This document shows, piece by piece, positions 29,534 through 39,607 of a stretch of 64,000 bases of DNA. Numbering within the stretch: position 1 is the first letter of the stretch; each line of letters opens with the position of its first letter. This DNA is from an uncultured bacterium (GTDB lineage: Bacteria > Planctomycetota > UBA8108 > UBA1146): positions 78,992-142,991 of the forward strand of contig CALJGL010000011.1 of assembly GCA_938075155.1 (NCBI GenBank). The letters are read 5' to 3'. Position numbers and translations under genes: made by a program. The notes beneath the pieces are model-generated. The model saw only the letters and a program-made list of their open reading frames with translations. It did not search any database and was not told the origin of the DNA.

Positions 29534-32028
29534 GAAGTCGGTGACGGAGCGTCTGCTTCCTTGGGTGCCTCAGAAGGAATGATTTTGTACCGAAGAGTGT
29601 TTTCGAACACTTCAGCTTCCAGCAATGTTCCTTTTTCGATTTTCCCTCGAAGCAATTCCTCAGCGAGAGGATCTTCGACAAACTTTTGAATCGATCGACG
29701 CAATGGCCGAGCACCAAAGTCTGGGTTGTAACCTTCATCGATGAGGAAATCTTTCGCCGCTTCTGGAAGACTCAACTCAATTCCTTGCTCTTGAAGTCGT
29801 CCAAGGACCTGCTTCATTTCAATGTCTATGATTTCATCGAGATCAGTTCTGCTCAAAGGCTCAAAGAAGACCGTATCGTCAAGACGGTTAAGGAATTCGG
29901 GACGGAAGAACTTTTCAACTTCGCCCATCACTTCTTTGCTCATTTGATCAGAAGTTCGACCCTCTTCCATGTTACGGAATCCAAGAGAGCTTTGATTCTT
30001 GATCAAGTCGGCACCAATATTCGAGGTCATGATCAATACGACATTTCTGAAGTCGATCACTCGCCCGAAGGAATCCGTAATGTGACCTTCCTCCATCACC
30101 TGCAACAACATATTGAAGACGTCAGAGTGAGCTTTCTCGACTTCGTCAAGCAAGACGACGGAGTAGGGACGACGACGAATCTTTTCCGTCAACTGTCCAC
30201 CCTCTTCGTATCCCACATAACCTGGAGGAGCTCCAACAAGCCGGGAAACATTATGCTTCTCCATGAACTCGGACATATCCACCTGGATCAGTGCGTCTTC
30301 CTCACCGAAGAGAAACTTTGCAAGGCTCTTGGCGAGCAGGGTTTTACCCACTCCAGTCGGTCCAAGGAAAAGGAAAGAACCTACAGGTCTTCTCGGATCC
30401 TTAAGGCCACTGCGACTTCTTCTGACAGCACGACTGATTCGTTCAATTGCCGCGTGTTGAGAGACCACTGAATCATGCAGCTCGTCTTCCATTTTGAGAA
30501 GACGATTCGCTTCTCCGCTATCGATCCGAGTCAGAGGGATTCCAGTCATCTTAGCGACGGTATCGGCAATGATCTCATCGTCGACAATTCCACGAGTGGA
30601 ATCCGCTTTTTCTTTCCAAGCCTCTAGCTCTTCTTCTCTTTGCTTTTTGAGTCGACTGGCTTCATCTCTGAGATTAGCTGCTCTTTCGAAATCCTGCTGT
30701 GCCACGGAAGCTTCCTTCTCACGGTCCAACTCTAGAATTTCCTCGTCGAGGATTTTCAAATCAGGGGGCCTGGTCGACTGCTTGAGGCGGACACGAGATC
30801 CAGCCTCATCGATCACATCGATAGCCTTGTCGGGCAGAAATCTTCCATTGATATAACGGACAGCCATATCGACGGCAGATTCCAGAGCGAGATCTGTGTA
30901 CTCCACGCGGTGATGGGCTTCGTATTTATCACGCAACCCTTTGAGTATCTCAACGGATTGATCACGAGTAGGAGGATTCACGATGATGCTTTGAAACCTT
31001 CGCTCCAGAGCACCGTCTTTCTCGATATGCTTTCGGTATTCGTCCAGAGTGGTGGCTCCGATACATTGGATCTCACCTCTAGAGAGTGCCGGCTTCAAAA
31101 CGTTGGAAGCATCGATGGCACCTTCTGCTCCACCTGCTCCTACGAGGGTGTGCAGTTCGTCGATAAACAGGATCACATTTTTAACCCGGCTGACTTCTGT
31201 CATCACCGCTTTGATCCGCTCCTCGAACTGACCTCGATACTTTGTCCCGGCAACCATCAAGGCCAGATCCAAAACAACGATGCGTTGATTTCTCAGGATC
31301 TCCGGGACTTCTCCCGAGTCAATCTCCTGAGCCAATCCCTCAACAATGGCACTTTTTCCAACTCCGGGTTCCCCCAGGAGCACTGGATTGTTTTTAGTTC
31401 TACGCGCGAGGATTTGCATCACGCGTTCGATTTCGTCTTCTCTGCCAATCACTGGATCAAGAGAAGCAGAACGTGCCATCTCTGTCAGATCACGACCGAA
31501 AGAATCCAGCGCTGGAGTTTTAGAGTTTCTCGATTTTTGGCCGATAGGCTTTGCTTCCGGCTCGACATCTTCCATCTCTGAATCACCCACATCTGCGCCC
31601 AGTATTTCAAGAACCTCAGATCGGACATCTTCTAATCGAAGACCCAAGTCTTTGAGAACTGTGGCTGCAACACCTTGCTCTTCACGGATCAAACCGAGAA
31701 GAAGATGCTCAGTACCGATGTAGTTGTGACGTAGTTCCTTCGCGGCTTCCTGGCAAAGTTCTAGGACTCTTTTTGCGCGAGGCGTAAATGGGAGTTGCCC
31801 CATATGAATCATGGCATGACCCGTTTGTACCTGACGCTCAATCTCAGCACGGATCTTGCCCGAGTCGACATCGAGATTCTTCAATACATTGGCGGCGACA
31901 CCACTGCCCTCTTGAACGAGGCCAAGAAGGATATGCTCCGTGCCAATAAAATCATGATTAAACCTGTGCGCCTCTTTGCGGGCCAAAGCCATCACCTTGC
32001 GAGCACGGTCTGTGAAGCGGTCAAACAT
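29530..32028 (-). CDS. clpC: ATP-dependent Clp protease ATP-binding subunit ClpC (two AAA+ modules, N-terminal Clp_N repeats, UVR-like linker)
   Basis: [41 protein letters not shown]..., Walker [10 protein letters not shown] and GPTGVGKT. The track ORF starts at 32142, but the Met at 32028 with GAGGA 7 nt upstream is the family-typical start. Confidence 0.9.
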   Translation of the reverse strand: MFDRFTDRARKVMALARKEAHRFNHDFIGTEHILLGLVQEGSGVAANVLKNLDVDSGKIRAEIERQVQTGHAMIHMGQLPFTPRAKRVLELCQEAAKELRHNYIGTEHLLLGLIREEQGVAATVLKDLGLRLEDVRSEVLEILGADVGDSEMEDVEPEAKPIGQKSRNSKTPALDSFGRDLTEMARSASLDPVIGREDEIERVMQILARRTKNNPVLLGEPGVGKSAIVEGLAQEIDSGEVPEILRNQRIVVLDLALMVAGTKYRGQFEERIKAVMTEVSRVKNVILFIDELHTLVGAGGAEGAIDASNVLKPALSRGEIQCIGATTLDEYRKHIEKDGALERRFQSIIVNPPTRDQSVEILKGLRDKYEAHHRVEYTDLALESAVDMAVRYINGRFLPDKAIDVIDEAGSRVRLKQSTRPPDLKILDEEILELDREKEASVAQQDFERAANLRDEASRLKKQREEELEAWKEKADSTRGIVDDEIIADTVAKMTGIPLTRIDSGEANRLLKMEDELHDSVVSQHAAIERISRAVRRSRSGLKDPRRPVGSFLFLGPTGVGKTLLAKSLAKFLFGEEDALIQVDMSEFMEKHNVSRLVGAPPGYVGYEEGGQLTEKIRRRPYSVVLLDEVEKAHSDVFNMLLQVMEEGHITDSFGRVIDFRNVVLIMTSNIGADLIKNQSSLGFRNMEEGRTSDQMSKEVMGEVEKFFRPEFLNRLDDTVFFEPLSRTDLDEIIDIEMKQVLGRLQEQGIELSLPEAAKDFLIDEGYNPDFGARPLRRSIQKFVEDPLAEELLRGKIEKGTLLEAEVFENTLRYKIIPSEAPKEADAPSPTS

Positions 32029-32277
32029 GTTTATTTCCTCAAAAGGATCCCTCATGGATCCGTATGGAGCCTTGTAGGCCCCCATTCCCCTGTCAGTATC
32101 CCTACGCTCTGCGATCACATTCCTGACACCTTGGTATCTCACTCAGTACCAGGACTTCGATCCTTACTCATAGAGGACGACTCAGACTTCCAATCGGTTC
32201 CCGTTTTGAAAATTCCGAAGTCCCCTCAACTCATTATCGAGACATGAGACATAATAACCGAAGAATTCACGAAAAGG

Positions 32278-33354
32278 TCAAGAAGACGAGAATCCTTCTC
32301 CAGACGTATCGCCCAGAATACTCCTCAAGAGATCTGCCCTTTTCCGATCACGATCTTCAGTGGTGAGCGGTTCCCCGACAAGGCTCTGTAGATGCCCTGG
32401 CTGACTGTGCAAGAACATACGATTGATCTGATTCATGCTGACATCATCCAGAAATCCCATCGCCACCCCGAGACGTACCAATGACAAATGCTCCAAAGCT
32501 TCTTTGCTCGTAATGACACGAGCATGAGAAAGTATTCCGAAAGCTCGACCAATTCGGTCTTCGATACGCTCTCGGCGGCGTTCCAACAATTCGTCTCTCA
32601 ATTTGCGTTCATACACAATGATGTTTGGCAGGACCGAGGCGATATTTTCGAGTACCTGTTCTTCAGAAAGTCCCAGAGTTCGCTGATTTGAAATCTGGAA
32701 AAAGTCTCCTTGAGCCTCGGTACCCTCTCCGAAGAGTCCTCTCACAGCCAGATGGATTTTTGTCGCAGCGCGAGTCATCTCTTCTATCTGACCCGTGATC
32801 ACCATCGCCGGAAGGTGGAGCATGACGGAAGCTCTCAATCCCGTCCCAACATTTGTGGGACAGGCTGTCAGGTATCCATATTTGCTATGGAAAGCGAACT
32901 GGAGATCTTCTTCGAGGGATCTCTCAAGAGGACACATCTGAGACCAGGCTTCTTCGAGTTGATACCCCGACTTCATGACCTGTAATCGCAAATGGTCTTC
33001 TTCGTTCCCCATCACGGAAAAGGATTCCGCTTCATCGAAAGCGACTAATCGGGAACCGGATCCCGTGGCCAAGTCATGGCTCACAAGATGACGTTCAACG
33101 AGTACCTGACGCTCGACGACGTCTTTCTTCTCTAGTTCCATTACATGCAATGGCAACCCACCATCGAGTCGTTGAAGAGCGGTTTCAATCCGCTCAGAAA
33201 CAGCTTTTGATTGGTCTTCAGTGGAAACAGAAGTAAAGGGAGAGTTCGCCAGATTCCTGGCCAATCGAACCCGACTTGAAATCACAAGATCGGCATCCGG
33301 CCCCGTTCCTTGTAACCATTCCCCGATGTTAGTTTTGAAGTTATCGAGGCTCAT
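32278..33354 (-). CDS. mcsB: Protein-arginine kinase McsB (ATP:guanido phosphotransferase family)
   Basis: 358 aa phosphagen-kinase-like catalytic domain (…CPTNVGTGLRASVMLHLP…), with the N-terminal LVISSRVRLARNLANSPF typical of McsB. Confidence 0.85.
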   Translation of the reverse strand: MSLDNFKTNIGEWLQGTGPDADLVISSRVRLARNLANSPFTSVSTEDQSKAVSERIETALQRLDGGLPLHVMELEKKDVVERQVLVERHLVSHDLATGSGSRLVAFDEAESFSVMGNEEDHLRLQVMKSGYQLEEAWSQMCPLERSLEEDLQFAFHSKYGYLTACPTNVGTGLRASVMLHLPAMVITGQIEEMTRAATKIHLAVRGLFGEGTEAQGDFFQISNQRTLGLSEEQVLENIASVLPNIIVYERKLRDELLERRRERIEDRIGRAFGILSHARVITSKEALEHLSLVRLGVAMGFLDDVSMNQINRMFLHSQPGHLQSLVGEPLTTEDRDRKRADLLRSILGDTSGEGFSSS

Positions 33355-33857
33355 GATCCACTCTCCAGAATTCTTAGTTGATCACGTATGGCGGCAGCTT
33401 GTTCAAAGTCTTCATCACTCACAGCATGAGTTAATGACTCGCGAAGTCTTTCGACTTCAAGGCTTTGAACCATCTGTTCATGAAACCTAGCCGGTGATCT
33501 TCCCTTGTGCTGGTCGGCGGCATGGATCTTTTCAAACAAGTCATCGAGAGATCCACTAAAGAGGTCGTAGTCACGGGAGCAGCCAAACTTTCCTTCTTTG
33601 CGAAAGTTGGAATAACTCATTCCGCAGTCGGGGCAATCCCCCAATCCTTCCGGTGAATTTGCCGTCTCAGATTTCTCCTGCGGCGACGCGTAAAACTCCG
33701 GGACAGTAAGATTTTTAAAGTTTTGCAACTGCGCTTGAATCGACACTCCATGGGATTGAGCACAATCCCGACAAAGGTGATATTCACGCTTGGTGTTATT
33801 GACGATATCGGTGAGGTGGACGGAGACCTCATTTTTCTGGCACTTTTCGCAGATCAT
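33351..33857 (-). CDS. mcsA: McsA (activator of protein-arginine kinase; two Zn-ribbon CxxC pairs plus a UvrB/C-like motif)
   Basis: MICEKCQKNEVSVHLTDIV...EYHLCRDCAQ plus a second CPDCG pair and C-terminal DEDFEQAAAIRDQLRILE (UVR motif). 4-nt overlap with mcsB. Confidence 0.8.
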   Translation of the reverse strand: MICEKCQKNEVSVHLTDIVNNTKREYHLCRDCAQSHGVSIQAQLQNFKNLTVPEFYASPQEKSETANSPEGLGDCPDCGMSYSNFRKEGKFGCSRDYDLFSGSLDDLFEKIHAADQHKGRSPARFHEQMVQSLEVERLRESLTHAVSDEDFEQAAAIRDQLRILESGS

Positions 33858-33922
33858 GATGTAGTTGGACTCCTTTGGAGAGAGGATTCTCGAGTTTCCT
33901 CTCCTGCTCTCAATATCGACAC

Positions 33923-34693
33923 TTAGGGCGAAAGTCTCCAGACATCTTTGGGTAGTTTCTCCAGTTCATGACGGATAATCGGTAATTTCTGAGCTAAATG
34001 TGGATCCGATCCGATCTGTTGGAGCAATTCTTGAAGATCTCTCAAATCGTCAATATCGTTGACCGGCTCCAGCAACCGTGGACTTTTCCCGAGCGATTCG
34101 AGTTTTATCTTCAAATCTTTGAAGGAAATCGAGTCCGCCGAGCGAAAGGCTCCTAAAACGAGATGAGCCAGATTTGAATCTCCCCCGGGCAACCCCAATA
34201 GACAGAATCCACCATCTGAAGAAGCCTGAAGAACCGTCTCTCCGCTGTTCACATGATCAAAAGCCGCCTGAATGTCACATTCTTTCTGTGCTGGAGCATC
34301 GGAGCCGACCAACACCACTCCATTCTTTGCAGAGCACAACGCATCGGTCATAGAGATGCATAATCGTTGCCCTAGTGATCCAGAGCCCTGATCTCTGTAA
34401 TACCAACGCTGCCCATCGGATCGGCTATCCCGCCCCTCAATTCGCGCCTTCACCGACAAAGAGTGGGTTTCCGTCGTCGATAAATATGGAAAAAAAAGAG
34501 AAGCGTCCTCACGGTCCCCGCAAAATATCCGTAAAGCCTTTATTGATGACAAGTTAGAAACCCTATCGACGAGCATCGCAGCCGCGAAACGACTGGCAAT
34601 CTCAGATCCGAGATCTAATGCAAGGCGGGTTTTGACTCTTCCTGGAACGGGCAACTTGCCAAAGAGAAGCAATCTCCGGCTGAATTCCTCCAA
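33923..34693 (-). CDS. DUF2064-family protein (GT-A / nucleotidyltransferase-like fold)
   Basis: The N-terminal LLLFGKLPVPGRVKTRLA is the signature start of the DUF2064/TIGR04282 group. 256 aa. Confidence 0.6.
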   Translation of the reverse strand: MEEFSRRLLLFGKLPVPGRVKTRLALDLGSEIASRFAAAMLVDRVSNLSSIKALRIFCGDREDASLFFPYLSTTETHSLSVKARIEGRDSRSDGQRWYYRDQGSGSLGQRLCISMTDALCSAKNGVVLVGSDAPAQKECDIQAAFDHVNSGETVLQASSDGGFCLLGLPGGDSNLAHLVLGAFRSADSISFKDLKIKLESLGKSPRLLEPVNDIDDLRDLQELLQQIGSDPHLAQKLPIIRHELEKLPKDVWRLSP

Positions 34694-34930
34694 ATTGTCA
34701 TTTCCCGTAGGAATTTCCCTGATTGAACGGGTTTCCGGTTCTGTTGACAGCCCTCTGCTCCTGTCCTACGATTTCCAGATCCCTCAGGAGATTTTCTCTC
34801 GAGGGTGGGACCCTTGTGCAATGTGAGTTGTGAGTTGCGAGGACTGAGCCAGTCTCAGACGCTCGTCAGTCATTGAACAGGGTGACGTCTCCGGAACGAA
34901 GAATCCATAGTGGTTTCTTTATGTTCTTGG

Positions 34931-35040
34931 CCGGGTTTACCCGGGTCAGACGGCCTAATCCTGGCCGGACGGGGATCGCCGTGGAATCGCATTCCACCAG
35001 ACCTCCATCGCTGATGGGTCTGCCCGCGATCCTCCTCCCC
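34931..35040 (+). ncRNA. Highly structured RNA candidate in the nusA upstream region: two hairpins plus a three-way junction of perfect 6-7 bp stems
   Basis: Read directly. Hairpin 1 CCGGG-TTTA-CCCGG (34931-44). Hairpin 2 GTCAGACGGCC/GGCCGGAC (34945-70). Outer stem GGATCGC (34973-79)/GCGATCC (35026-32) encloses GTGGAAT-CGC-ATTCCAC (34981-97) and CAGACC-n13-GGTCTG (34998-35022). Strand of transcription is unknown. Confidence 0.4.
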
Positions 35041-35194
35041 GACAGGTTGGTGGTTCGGAGCTGTGCGTTACAGCAGTGAGAAATGGTCTAGACTGGCTAT
35101 GACTCACTAGGGTCGAAATTTTGAACAAGAAACCGGGATTTTCCCGGGCCCGTTCCCTGCAAAAGCAGAGAATGTGTGAGATTGGGAGACGAAT

Positions 35195-36529
35195 TTGAGC
35201 GAAGAGATCCTGCGCTTTGTTGACACGATTCACCGTGATCGACAGGTGGACAAGGAAGTCATCTTTACAGGTATCGAGATGGCTCTCGTCTCCGCTGCCC
35301 AAAAAAGATATGACCAGGAAGAAGGCATCGAGGTTCTCATCGATCGCCTCTCCGGTGCCATCAGTGCCGTTCGTGATGGCGAAAGCTTCGATCCTAGAGA
35401 AGCTCTCGGCAGAATCGCTGCGGGCACCGGCAAGCAAGTTCTCTTCCAAAAGATTCGAGAAGCTGAACGAGAAGTGATTTACAAAGAGTACATCGATCGC
35501 GTCGGAGAAGTCTTCAATGGCACCGTCGCAAGTCGAAAAGGTGGCGGACTCGTCATCACTCTTGGAAATCGTGCAGAAGGCTTCATGCCTCGCGGCGAAC
35601 AATCCAATCTTGAAAACTGGAATGAAGGCGATCGTATCAAGGTCGTCCTCAAAGAAGTCAATTTGCAATCCACAAGGGTTCAACTGCTGGTTTCCCGTGG
35701 AGACGAAATTCTTGTCAGGAGACTGTTCGAGCAGGAGATTCCTGAAGTTTCTGACTTCGTCGTCGACATCAAAGCGATCGCCAGAGAAGCCGGTAACCGT
35801 ACAAAAATAGCGGTAGCCACCCTCGATACAAATGTGGACTGCGTCGGAGCCTGTATCGGAGTCAAAGGATCCCGAATACGAAATGTGACCGACGAACTGA
35901 GTGGTGAAAAAATCGACGTTGTCCGTTGGAATGATTCCGTAGAGGTTCTCATTCCTGAAGCACTCAAGCCTGCTGAAATCGCCTCTCTCGAATTAGATTA
36001 CGAAGCGATGACAGCCAATGTATACGTCACTGAAGATCAACAGTCACTCGCGATCGGTCGCCGCGGACAAAACGTCCGTCTCGCTTCCAAGCTGACAGGT
36101 TGGGAACTGAACATATGTCCCATCACCACTGAAGATCTTGAGCGATTGCGTGAGAAAGGCTTGGAGCAACGAGCCGACGACATGTTCGGAGATCGCCTCG
36201 CCAAAGTCGCAGGCGATGCGAATGACGCATCAGCAAGTCATAACCCTCTCGATCAGCTCTTCGACTCCCCCGCTTCTGACGGAGAAACAAAAACTGAGGT
36301 GGATGAGTACGAAGACGGCACAGTGGTCATGGGTCTCGAAGATCTGCCAGGTGTCTCCGAAGAAATTGCGGATCGTTTGATAGAAGCCGAGATCGACTCG
36401 ACTGAAGCCCTTTTGGAAGCGGGAGTCGAAGGACTCTCTGCCATCGAAGGACTCGACGAAATCTCAGCACGACTGATCATCGAAAAGATTCAAGAAATCA
36501 TGGACAGTGTCGATTCCGAAGAGGAATAA
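35195..36529 (+). CDS. nusA: Transcription termination/antitermination factor NusA (N-terminal, S1 and KH1/KH2 domains plus acidic C-terminal repeats)
   Basis: TTG start. EVIFTGIEMALVSAAQKRY..., the S1 domain GEVFNGTV, and the KH GxxG motif IGRRGQNVRLAS. 444 aa. Confidence 0.9.
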   Translation: MSEEILRFVDTIHRDRQVDKEVIFTGIEMALVSAAQKRYDQEEGIEVLIDRLSGAISAVRDGESFDPREALGRIAAGTGKQVLFQKIREAEREVIYKEYIDRVGEVFNGTVASRKGGGLVITLGNRAEGFMPRGEQSNLENWNEGDRIKVVLKEVNLQSTRVQLLVSRGDEILVRRLFEQEIPEVSDFVVDIKAIAREAGNRTKIAVATLDTNVDCVGACIGVKGSRIRNVTDELSGEKIDVVRWNDSVEVLIPEALKPAEIASLELDYEAMTANVYVTEDQQSLAIGRRGQNVRLASKLTGWELNICPITTEDLERLREKGLEQRADDMFGDRLAKVAGDANDASASHNPLDQLFDSPASDGETKTEVDEYEDGTVVMGLEDLPGVSEEIADRLIEAEIDSTEALLEAGVEGLSAIEGLDEISARLIIEKIQEIMDSVDSEEE

Positions 36530-36553
36530 CGACGCGAAAATTCATTAGGTTTG

Positions 36554-36572
36554 GATCAGGTCTGACCTGATC
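36554..36572 (+). promoter_or_regulatory. Perfect 7-bp hairpin (GATCAGG-TCTGA-CCTGATC) in the 52-nt nusA-infB spacer
   Basis: Read directly. Positioned like the RNase III/processing or attenuator structures found between nusA and infB in other bacteria. Confidence 0.35.
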
Positions 36573-36580
36573 GTAAGAAT

Positions 36581-39500
36581 TTGGAGGCGACCGACTTGGG
36601 CGTGAGAATACACGCACTGGCCAAGGAACTTGGCATCTCAAGTAAGGACATCATGGAATTCCTCGATGGCCGGGGAATCCGGGTGAAGAATCATATGTCC
36701 TCTATCAGTGAGAATGATGCCATGACCGTCAGGATCTTCCTTGAGGAAGACCCTGAGCCGGAGCCGGAAGTCGTCGAGGAAACCCCAGAAGTCACCGTTG
36801 AGGAGACTGCTGAGGTTGAATCCGCCGCCGAAGAACCCGTAACCGAAGCTATTGTTGAGCCTGTTGCCGAACCTGTTGCGGAGCCTGTTGCCGAACCTGT
36901 TGCTGAAGTGGCCGCGGAAGAAACTGCAGTGGAAGCTCCAGAGCCGGAAATCATCGAAGAATCGACTCCAGAAGTCGTCTCTACTCCCGATGCAATTCAG
37001 GCCAGCACAGAAGATTCTTCTATCGAAGCCGTAGAAATTCAGGAGCCCGTCGAGGCTCCCGCAGAGGCCATGGTTGAGGAAACCGCCAAGGAAGACTCCA
37101 TCGAGATTCCATCGGAATCAAATATGGAGTCCATCTCTGCAGAAGCGGCTCCCCAAGAAGAAGTCAAAGAGCCTGAATCCGAAGCTCCCGCAGAGACCTC
37201 TACAACACCCGAAGAGAGTTCAGCGGAACCTGCCCAAGCCGCGATCAAGTCTCCTCCACGCAGGAAGCCCACCAAGATCGTGATGGCACCCGGATACGGA
37301 GGACCAGCCTCCAAACCCGTGGCACCGGTAGCACCTGTGGCTCGCCCCTTGGACCCCAAGTCCAAGCCGCCCAAAAAAGCCAAGGGTCGCCCGCTGATCA
37401 TACGTTCGAAAGTTCCAGTGCGTCCTGCAGGTCGTACAGGAGGACCTCCATCTGGTGGAGGTCATTCACGCCAAGGTGGCGGTGCCCCCGGCGGCAGAGG
37501 CCCCGGTGGACCCGGCAGAGGTCCTGGTGGACCCGGCAGAGGTCCCGGCGGACCCGGCAGAGGTCCTGGCGGAGGTGGCAGAGGTCCCGGTGGAGGAACC
37601 AGTCGTCCCGCAGCCCCTGCTTCAGCTCACGGTGCCAAAAAAGTCATGGTCTTCCCGGGTGCAGAACCTGGAGCTCCCGTCACAGGGAAAAGGACCAGCG
37701 GACCTGGCAGAGCCGGTCCGGGTGGAAAAGGAAAAGGGCGTCAACAGAACAGACCCCGTAATCAAGAATCCGATTTCACTCGTCGTCGCTTGCAGCAGGA
37801 CCTCATACCCGAGGATCTCCCAGACACCATTAATTTGGAAAAGCCAGCCACTATCAAAGATTTGAGTTTGGCTCTCGGAGTAAAGCAGACGGCCCTCCTC
37901 AAAAAGTTGATGAATCAAGGAATGCTTGCGAACGTGAACTCGCCTCTTTCTGAAGAGATCGTAGACACGCTATCGGTCGAGATTAACTGTGAAATCATCC
38001 TCGAAGAGCCCAAGGCCTTTGAGACGAGTCTGGACGACATCGAAAACTTCGAGGACTCTGAAGGCGATCTTATCCTTCGGGCCCCTGTGGTGACGATGAT
38101 GGGCCACGTCGACCATGGTAAGACGACGCTTCTCGACAAGATTCGTGAAAGTTCCATCACCAAATCGGAATCGGGTGGAATCACTCAGCACCTCAGTGCA
38201 TATCGTGTTGACAAAGGAGATGCTCACGTCGTCTTCGTCGACACCCCTGGTCACCGTGCGTTCACAAACATGCGTGCCAGAGGTGCGAATGTGACGGACG
38301 TCGTGGTTCTCGTCGTCGCAGCGGACGATGGTCCGATGCCACAGACTGAAGAAGCGATCGAACATGCTAAAGCAGCCGGTGTCCCCGTTGTCGTGGCGAT
38401 CAACAAAATCGATCGCCCGGGTGCCAATATCGATATGGTCAAATCGAAGCTTGCAGAACTGGAACTCTCGCCTAGCGATTGGGGTGGCGAAACGGAAATG
38501 ATTCCTGTTTCGGCTATCACCGGTGAAGGTGTCGACAAACTGTTGGAACACCTCTCTCTAGAATCAGAACTTCTTGAACTCAAAGCGAACCCCGAGAAAC
38601 GGGCGATCGGTACTGTGCTGGATTCCAGAGCCTCAACAGGTCAGGGAAATGTCATCACAGCCCTCGTTCAAGACGGAACTCTCCGTCGTGGAGATTCTGT
38701 TGTTTGTGGCCCTGCTCACGGAAAGATCCGTACTCTGAGATCGACCAGTGGAGTCGACCTTGAGACGGCTCCACCTGCGACTCCTGTCGAGATCACAGGC
38801 TTAAACGACTTGCCTGAGGCAGGTGACAAGCTCTATGCACTCGACTCCGCTTCGAAGGCGAAGCAAATTGCAGAAGAACGTCAAGAAGCCAAGGCTAAGG
38901 CGGATCGCGCCGAACGTCAGACGGTCACCTTGGAGGGCCTCTTCGACACGATCGACAAAGCGAAAACAAAGGAGATCAATCTGGTCGTCAAGACCGACGT
39001 CAAGGGAACCCTCGACGTGCTGAAAAGCGAACTCTCCAGTATGCGAACTGACGAAGTCGCTCTAAGAGTCATTCGCGGAGGAGTCGGTGAAATATCCGAA
39101 TCAGACGTGCTCTTGGCAGACGCTTCAAATGCAATCGTCGTGGGATTCCATGTTTCCGCTTCTGATAAAGCTCGTACTGAAGCCGAATCGCAAGGTGTGG
39201 AGATCAGAACCTACACCGTGATCTACGAAATCCTCGAAGATATGCGTCAGGCTCTCGAAGGCATGCTCAGCCCAGAGGTCTCTGAGGAACTACAGGGTAA
39301 TGTAGAAATCTTGAACCTCTTTAAATCATCGAAGCTGGGTAATATCGCAGGTTGCATGGTTCGCAAAGGAATCATCACCCGTGACGATAAAGTGCGCTTG
39401 ATCAGAGATGGAGTCCTCGTTCACGAGGGCAAACTCGCTTCTCTCAAGCGTGTCAAAGACGATGCCAAAGAGGTTCGCGAAGGATTCGAATGTGGACTCG

Positions 39501-39604
39501 TCATCAAAGGTTACAACGACATCAAGGTGGGTGACTTCTTGGAGAGTTACAAGGTCATCAAAACGACCCGAAAACTCGGAGAGACCAACAAAAGTTCGGG
39601 GTGA
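36581..39604 (+). CDS. infB: Translation initiation factor IF-2 with a long low-complexity N-terminal region
   Basis: GTPase domain VVTMMGHVDHGKTTLLD...DTPGH...NKID and a C-terminal beta-barrel domain. The N-terminus has (PVAE)n and (GGPGRGP)n repeats. Exact start (TTG 36581, TTG 36596 or GTG 36602) is uncertain. Confidence 0.9.
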   Translation: MEATDLGVRIHALAKELGISSKDIMEFLDGRGIRVKNHMSSISENDAMTVRIFLEEDPEPEPEVVEETPEVTVEETAEVESAAEEPVTEAIVEPVAEPVAEPVAEPVAEVAAEETAVEAPEPEIIEESTPEVVSTPDAIQASTEDSSIEAVEIQEPVEAPAEAMVEETAKEDSIEIPSESNMESISAEAAPQEEVKEPESEAPAETSTTPEESSAEPAQAAIKSPPRRKPTKIVMAPGYGGPASKPVAPVAPVARPLDPKSKPPKKAKGRPLIIRSKVPVRPAGRTGGPPSGGGHSRQGGGAPGGRGPGGPGRGPGGPGRGPGGPGRGPGGGGRGPGGGTSRPAAPASAHGAKKVMVFPGAEPGAPVTGKRTSGPGRAGPGGKGKGRQQNRPRNQESDFTRRRLQQDLIPEDLPDTINLEKPATIKDLSLALGVKQTALLKKLMNQGMLANVNSPLSEEIVDTLSVEINCEIILEEPKAFETSLDDIENFEDSEGDLILRAPVVTMMGHVDHGKTTLLDKIRESSITKSESGGITQHLSAYRVDKGDAHVVFVDTPGHRAFTNMRARGANVTDVVVLVVAADDGPMPQTEEAIEHAKAAGVPVVVAINKIDRPGANIDMVKSKLAELELSPSDWGGETEMIPVSAITGEGVDKLLEHLSLESELLELKANPEKRAIGTVLDSRASTGQGNVITALVQDGTLRRGDSVVCGPAHGKIRTLRSTSGVDLETAPPATPVEITGLNDLPEAGDKLYALDSASKAKQIAEERQEAKAKADRAERQTVTLEGLFDTIDKAKTKEINLVVKTDVKGTLDVLKSELSSMRTDEVALRVIRGGVGEISESDVLLADASNAIVVGFHVSASDKARTEAESQGVEIRTYTVIYEILEDMRQALEGMLSPEVSEELQGNVEILNLFKSSKLGNIAGCMVRKGIITRDDKVRLIRDGVLVHEGKLASLKRVKDDAKEVREGFECGLVIKGYNDIKVGDFLESYKVIKTTRKLGETNKSSG
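36858..36908 (+). repeat. Coding tandem repeat, 12-nt unit (gagcctgttgcc) x about 4.5, encoding PVAEPVAEPVAEPVAE in IF-2
   Basis: Direct reading. Confidence 0.8.
37490..37600 (+). repeat. Coding tandem repeat, 21-nt unit (ggtggacccggcagaggtcct) x about 4-5, encoding GGPGRGP units in IF-2
   Basis: Direct reading. Confidence 0.8.
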
Positions 39605-39607
39605 TCG

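Noticed and set aside
29686-31581. Long antisense ORFs inside clpC (261, 120 and 223 aa on the + strand), and similar ones opposite actC (12828..13439), actB (14508..15002, 16251..16796), infB (37970..38551) and bamA (46268..46717)
   Set aside because: They lie entirely within strongly conserved genes on the opposite strand and have no recognisable motifs. Low-complexity or codon-bias-driven open frames of this size are common opposite conserved genes, so I treat them as non-coding.
35050-35062. tRNA-like GGTTCGGAGC motif upstream of nusA, checked as a possible metY-like tRNA
   Set aside because: There is no acceptor/anticodon/T-arm cloverleaf around it. The T-loop consensus GGTTCGANTCC is not met.
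36691-37401. Minus-strand ORFs (87 and 120 aa) of Ser/Gly/Thr/Ala repeats opposite the infB N-terminal repeats, and the 43250..43849 minus ORF opposite the H1-like tail
   Set aside because: They are mirror images of in-frame coding tandem repeats. The repetitive DNA keeps every frame open.
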